DNA of 64,000 nt from Gammaproteobacteria bacterium (lineage in GTDB: Bacteria > Pseudomonadota > Gammaproteobacteria > JBCCGL01), in contig OZ255836.1 in NCBI GenBank assembly GCA_965277715.1, positions 1,824,001 through 1,888,000 of the forward strand, in the 5' to 3' direction. A model generated the notes under the pieces. That model saw only the letters and a program-made list of their open reading frames with translations. It was not told the DNA's origin and searched no databases. Numbering within the stretch: position 1 is the first letter of the stretch; each line of letters opens with the position of its first letter. The position numbers and the translations under genes were made by a program. This document shows, one piece after another, positions 61,144 through 64,000 of the stretch.

Positions 61144-63963
61144 GTGAAAATTCTCTTGTATAACAGGCTCAACCCCCACCAGATAACAGGGTTTGCCAAA
61201 TTCCGCGCCGCTATTGAGGCAGATAACCTTATCGGTGCCGATGTGCGAAAAGTAGGCGACAATCTGTTTCGCGCCAAACTCAACCGCAAAGACCGACTGC
61301 TCTTTTCCCTGTACCGCTATAACGATGAATGTTATTGCCTGGTATTAGAGTTTTTAGCCAACCACGCCTACGAAAAATCCCGCTTTTTAGCCGGAAAAAC
61401 CATCGTTGATGATACCTTAGTACCCGCCGAACCACTGCCGACAGTGGAGCAGGTAACGGCGATAAGCTACCTCAATCCGGCCAGTGGCCAGTTCAACCTG
61501 CTCGACAAGATACTGTCATTTGACGATGCGCAACAGGCGATTTACCAGTTGCCGCCGCCGCTTGTCATAATCGGTTCGGCCGGGAGCGGCAAAACCGCGC
61601 TGGTGCTGGAAAAAATGAAACAGGCGGTAGGCGACATACTATACGTAAGCCTATCGTCCTTTCTGGTTGAAAGTGCGCGAAACCTGTATTTTGCCAACAA
61701 CTACCAGAACGAGGATCAGGAAATAGAATTTCTTTCCTTTCGGGAATTTCTGGAAAGTATTCAAGTACCGGAAGGGCGTGAAATAACGCAACGGGATTTT
61801 GAGGGTTGGTTGCAACGCCACAGACCCGGTCGTGGAATTAACGATTCCCATAAGTTATTCGAGGAATTTCGCGGCGTGATCACCGGCCCCGATACCGAAA
61901 AACCCTGGCTGGAGCGGGAGGATTATCTGGCCCTGGGAGTTAAACAATCCATTTTCGCCGAAGAGGAACGCCCACAAGTCTACGATCTATTTGAAAAATA
62001 CCAAAAGCATCTGCAACAGGAAATGCTATTCGATACGAACATAATCAGCCATCACTACCAGGAAAAAGTCAGCGCACGTTACGATTTTGTCGTCGTCGAT
62101 GAAGTACAGGATTTAACCAATATCCAATTGTTTCTTATTCTTAAAGCCCTGCGTACGGCGAGCGGTTTTTTACTTTGTGGCGATTCCAACCAAATAGTAC
62201 ACCCCAATTTTTTTTCCTGGTCAAAGGTGAAGACCCTGTTTTTTCAAAACCGGGGAATAGCCGGTCAAAGCGAGGTAGTGCGGGTATTGAACGCCAATTA
62301 CCGCAACTCACCGCTGATTACCCAGATTGCCAACCGCATACTCAAACTTAAACAGGCACGCTTTGGTTCCATTGATAAAGAAAGCAATTATCTGGTGACC
62401 GCCATCAGTGCTAAACACGGCGCTTTGCAACTGCTGCCAGACGACGACAAAACCAAGTACGACCTGGATGCGAAAACCCGCCACTCCACACAATTCGCTG
62501 TTCTGGTGATGCACCCGGAGCAAAAACAGCAGGCGCGTCGCTGGTTTAATACACCGCTGGTGTTTTCCATCCAGGAGGCCAAAGGCCTGGAATACGACAG
62601 CATTATCCTGTTTAACTTTATCAGCGATGAAGACAAGGCTTTTCGTGAGATTGCCAGAGGTATTGACCCTGGCGAACTCGACAAAGACAGCCTGGATTAC
62701 CGCCGGGTCAAAGATAAAAAAGACCGCTCGCTGGAGGTCTACAAATTTTATATTAACGCCCTATACGTGGCGATAACCCGCGCCGTACACAACCTTTACG
62801 TTATCGAAGCCAAGGACGCCGCCGCGCTGATAAAGCTGCTTAAATTATCCGATTTCGGCGGCGAACTGGCGGTGGAACAACAAAAATCCAGCTTACAGGA
62901 ATGGCAAAAAGAAGCGCGCAAGCTGGAACTGCAGGGCAAGCAGGAACAGGCAGACGATATTCGCAGCCGCATTTTACAGCAAGTACCCGTGCCCTGGCCG
63001 GTGCTGACGAGAGAGGCGTTCACCACCCTGTTCGAGAAAGAACAAGCCGGGGAAACCAACAAAAAACAGCGATTGCAGTTATTGGAATACGCTCAACTTT
63101 ACTGCCACAGACCCGCACTCAAGAGCCTGCACGTGGCTGGTTTCAAGGCAGTCAACCAAGGGGAAAAAAAGTGTTTAAAGCAGCTCTACCGCAACCATTA
63201 CCTAAAATACGATTTAAAACACTTTGGGGCCGTGTTGCTTGAGACGGAAAAATTCGGCATTGACCACCGCACCGTGTTCAACCTGACGCCATTGATGGTG
63301 GCGACGCGACTGGGCAATACCGGCCTCGTAAAAGCCTTGCTGGAGCGTGGGGCCAACAGCGCGCTATTGGCCAGCAACGGCTTTAACGCGCTACAGATTT
63401 CACTGGAAATGGCACTCACCGATGAACACTATTCGAGAGAGAAAATCGCCGCAATTTATCCCCTGTTATCCCCTGACAGCCTATCTATACAGGTGGATGG
63501 GCGTTTAATTAAAGTAGACAACCGTTTGATGGGATTTTTTTTGATCAACGTGATGATCGCTCTGTTTTACCGCTACCTGGGCAGTTCGAAATTTCGGGGG
63601 CGGGGGTTTAACGCGAAACAACTGACCGACACCCTGGCGATGCTGCCGGAGAGCATCTTGCCGAAACGCCGTAAGCAACACCAGTACATCAGCAGTATTT
63701 TATCCGGTAACGAAGTATTCCGGGAAAGCAATTACAACCGTAAGTTGTTTCGCCGCCTGGAAAGGGGCTACTACACTATCAACCCCAACCTCAAGCTACG
63801 CATTGGCGAGGCCTGGGTGGCCGTGCACGATGTGTATCGTTTGGAAGATCTCGGAGCAGAATATATTGACATGAAACACAACTACTTTGACTTAAATGAA
63901 TTGGCTCAGAATGTCATCAATAGGTTTCGTCAACATGTACGGGATATGATTGAAGAAACATAA
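61144..63963 (+). CDS. SF1 UvrD-like helicase with an N-terminal RelE-like domain and a C-terminal ankyrin repeat
   Basis: GSAGSGKT, VDEVQD, GDSNQ, NYRN, AKGLEYD and LYVAITRA; ankyrin TPLMVATRLGNTGLVKALLERGAN. The start codon is uncertain (61135 or 61144). Confidence 0.8.
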   Translation: MKILLYNRLNPHQITGFAKFRAAIEADNLIGADVRKVGDNLFRAKLNRKDRLLFSLYRYNDECYCLVLEFLANHAYEKSRFLAGKTIVDDTLVPAEPLPTVEQVTAISYLNPASGQFNLLDKILSFDDAQQAIYQLPPPLVIIGSAGSGKTALVLEKMKQAVGDILYVSLSSFLVESARNLYFANNYQNEDQEIEFLSFREFLESIQVPEGREITQRDFEGWLQRHRPGRGINDSHKLFEEFRGVITGPDTEKPWLEREDYLALGVKQSIFAEEERPQVYDLFEKYQKHLQQEMLFDTNIISHHYQEKVSARYDFVVVDEVQDLTNIQLFLILKALRTASGFLLCGDSNQIVHPNFFSWSKVKTLFFQNRGIAGQSEVVRVLNANYRNSPLITQIANRILKLKQARFGSIDKESNYLVTAISAKHGALQLLPDDDKTKYDLDAKTRHSTQFAVLVMHPEQKQQARRWFNTPLVFSIQEAKGLEYDSIILFNFISDEDKAFREIARGIDPGELDKDSLDYRRVKDKKDRSLEVYKFYINALYVAITRAVHNLYVIEAKDAAALIKLLKLSDFGGELAVEQQKSSLQEWQKEARKLELQGKQEQADDIRSRILQQVPVPWPVLTREAFTTLFEKEQAGETNKKQRLQLLEYAQLYCHRPALKSLHVAGFKAVNQGEKKCLKQLYRNHYLKYDLKHFGAVLLETEKFGIDHRTVFNLTPLMVATRLGNTGLVKALLERGANSALLASNGFNALQISLEMALTDEHYSREKIAAIYPLLSPDSLSIQVDGRLIKVDNRLMGFFLINVMIALFYRYLGSSKFRGRGFNAKQLTDTLAMLPESILPKRRKQHQYISSILSGNEVFRESNYNRKLFRRLERGYYTINPNLKLRIGEAWVAVHDVYRLEDLGAEYIDMKHNYFDLNELAQNVINRFRQHVRDMIEET

Positions 63964-64000
63964 GGTGCGACGATGCGCCGGGGCGCTCCCCGATCCTGGC

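Overview
This window looks like chromosomal DNA from a probably marine gammaproteobacterium. Housekeeping blocks (ygiQ, priA-argS-SPOR, a four-tRNA operon, purKE/purC, tkt-gap-pgk-pyk, rpoD-tRNA-Ile2) alternate with accessory regions. The most striking region is a co-oriented minus-strand locus at about 3.2-17.6 kb. It encodes a giant GlyGly-CTERM surface protein, a 54-aa lasso-peptide-type precursor missed by the ORF track (10509..10673) followed by a stem-loop, and a lasso-cyclase-like asparagine synthetase homolog lacking the catalytic Cys. It continues with a small secreted protein, a secreted S74-chaperone fibre protein, and a secreted FG-GAP/ASPIC protein whose N-terminal half appears to carry four histone-fold-like segments. 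No lasso B1/B2 genes are present in the window. Other notable items are a DnaA-box cluster with DARS-like core geometry upstream of priA and a RelE-like/UvrD/ankyrin fusion. There are also several decay scars: an integrase fragment at tRNA-Lys, an IS66 end, truncated putR, truncated IclR and an Lrp/SDR chimera. All calls come from reading motifs by eye; no database searches were run.
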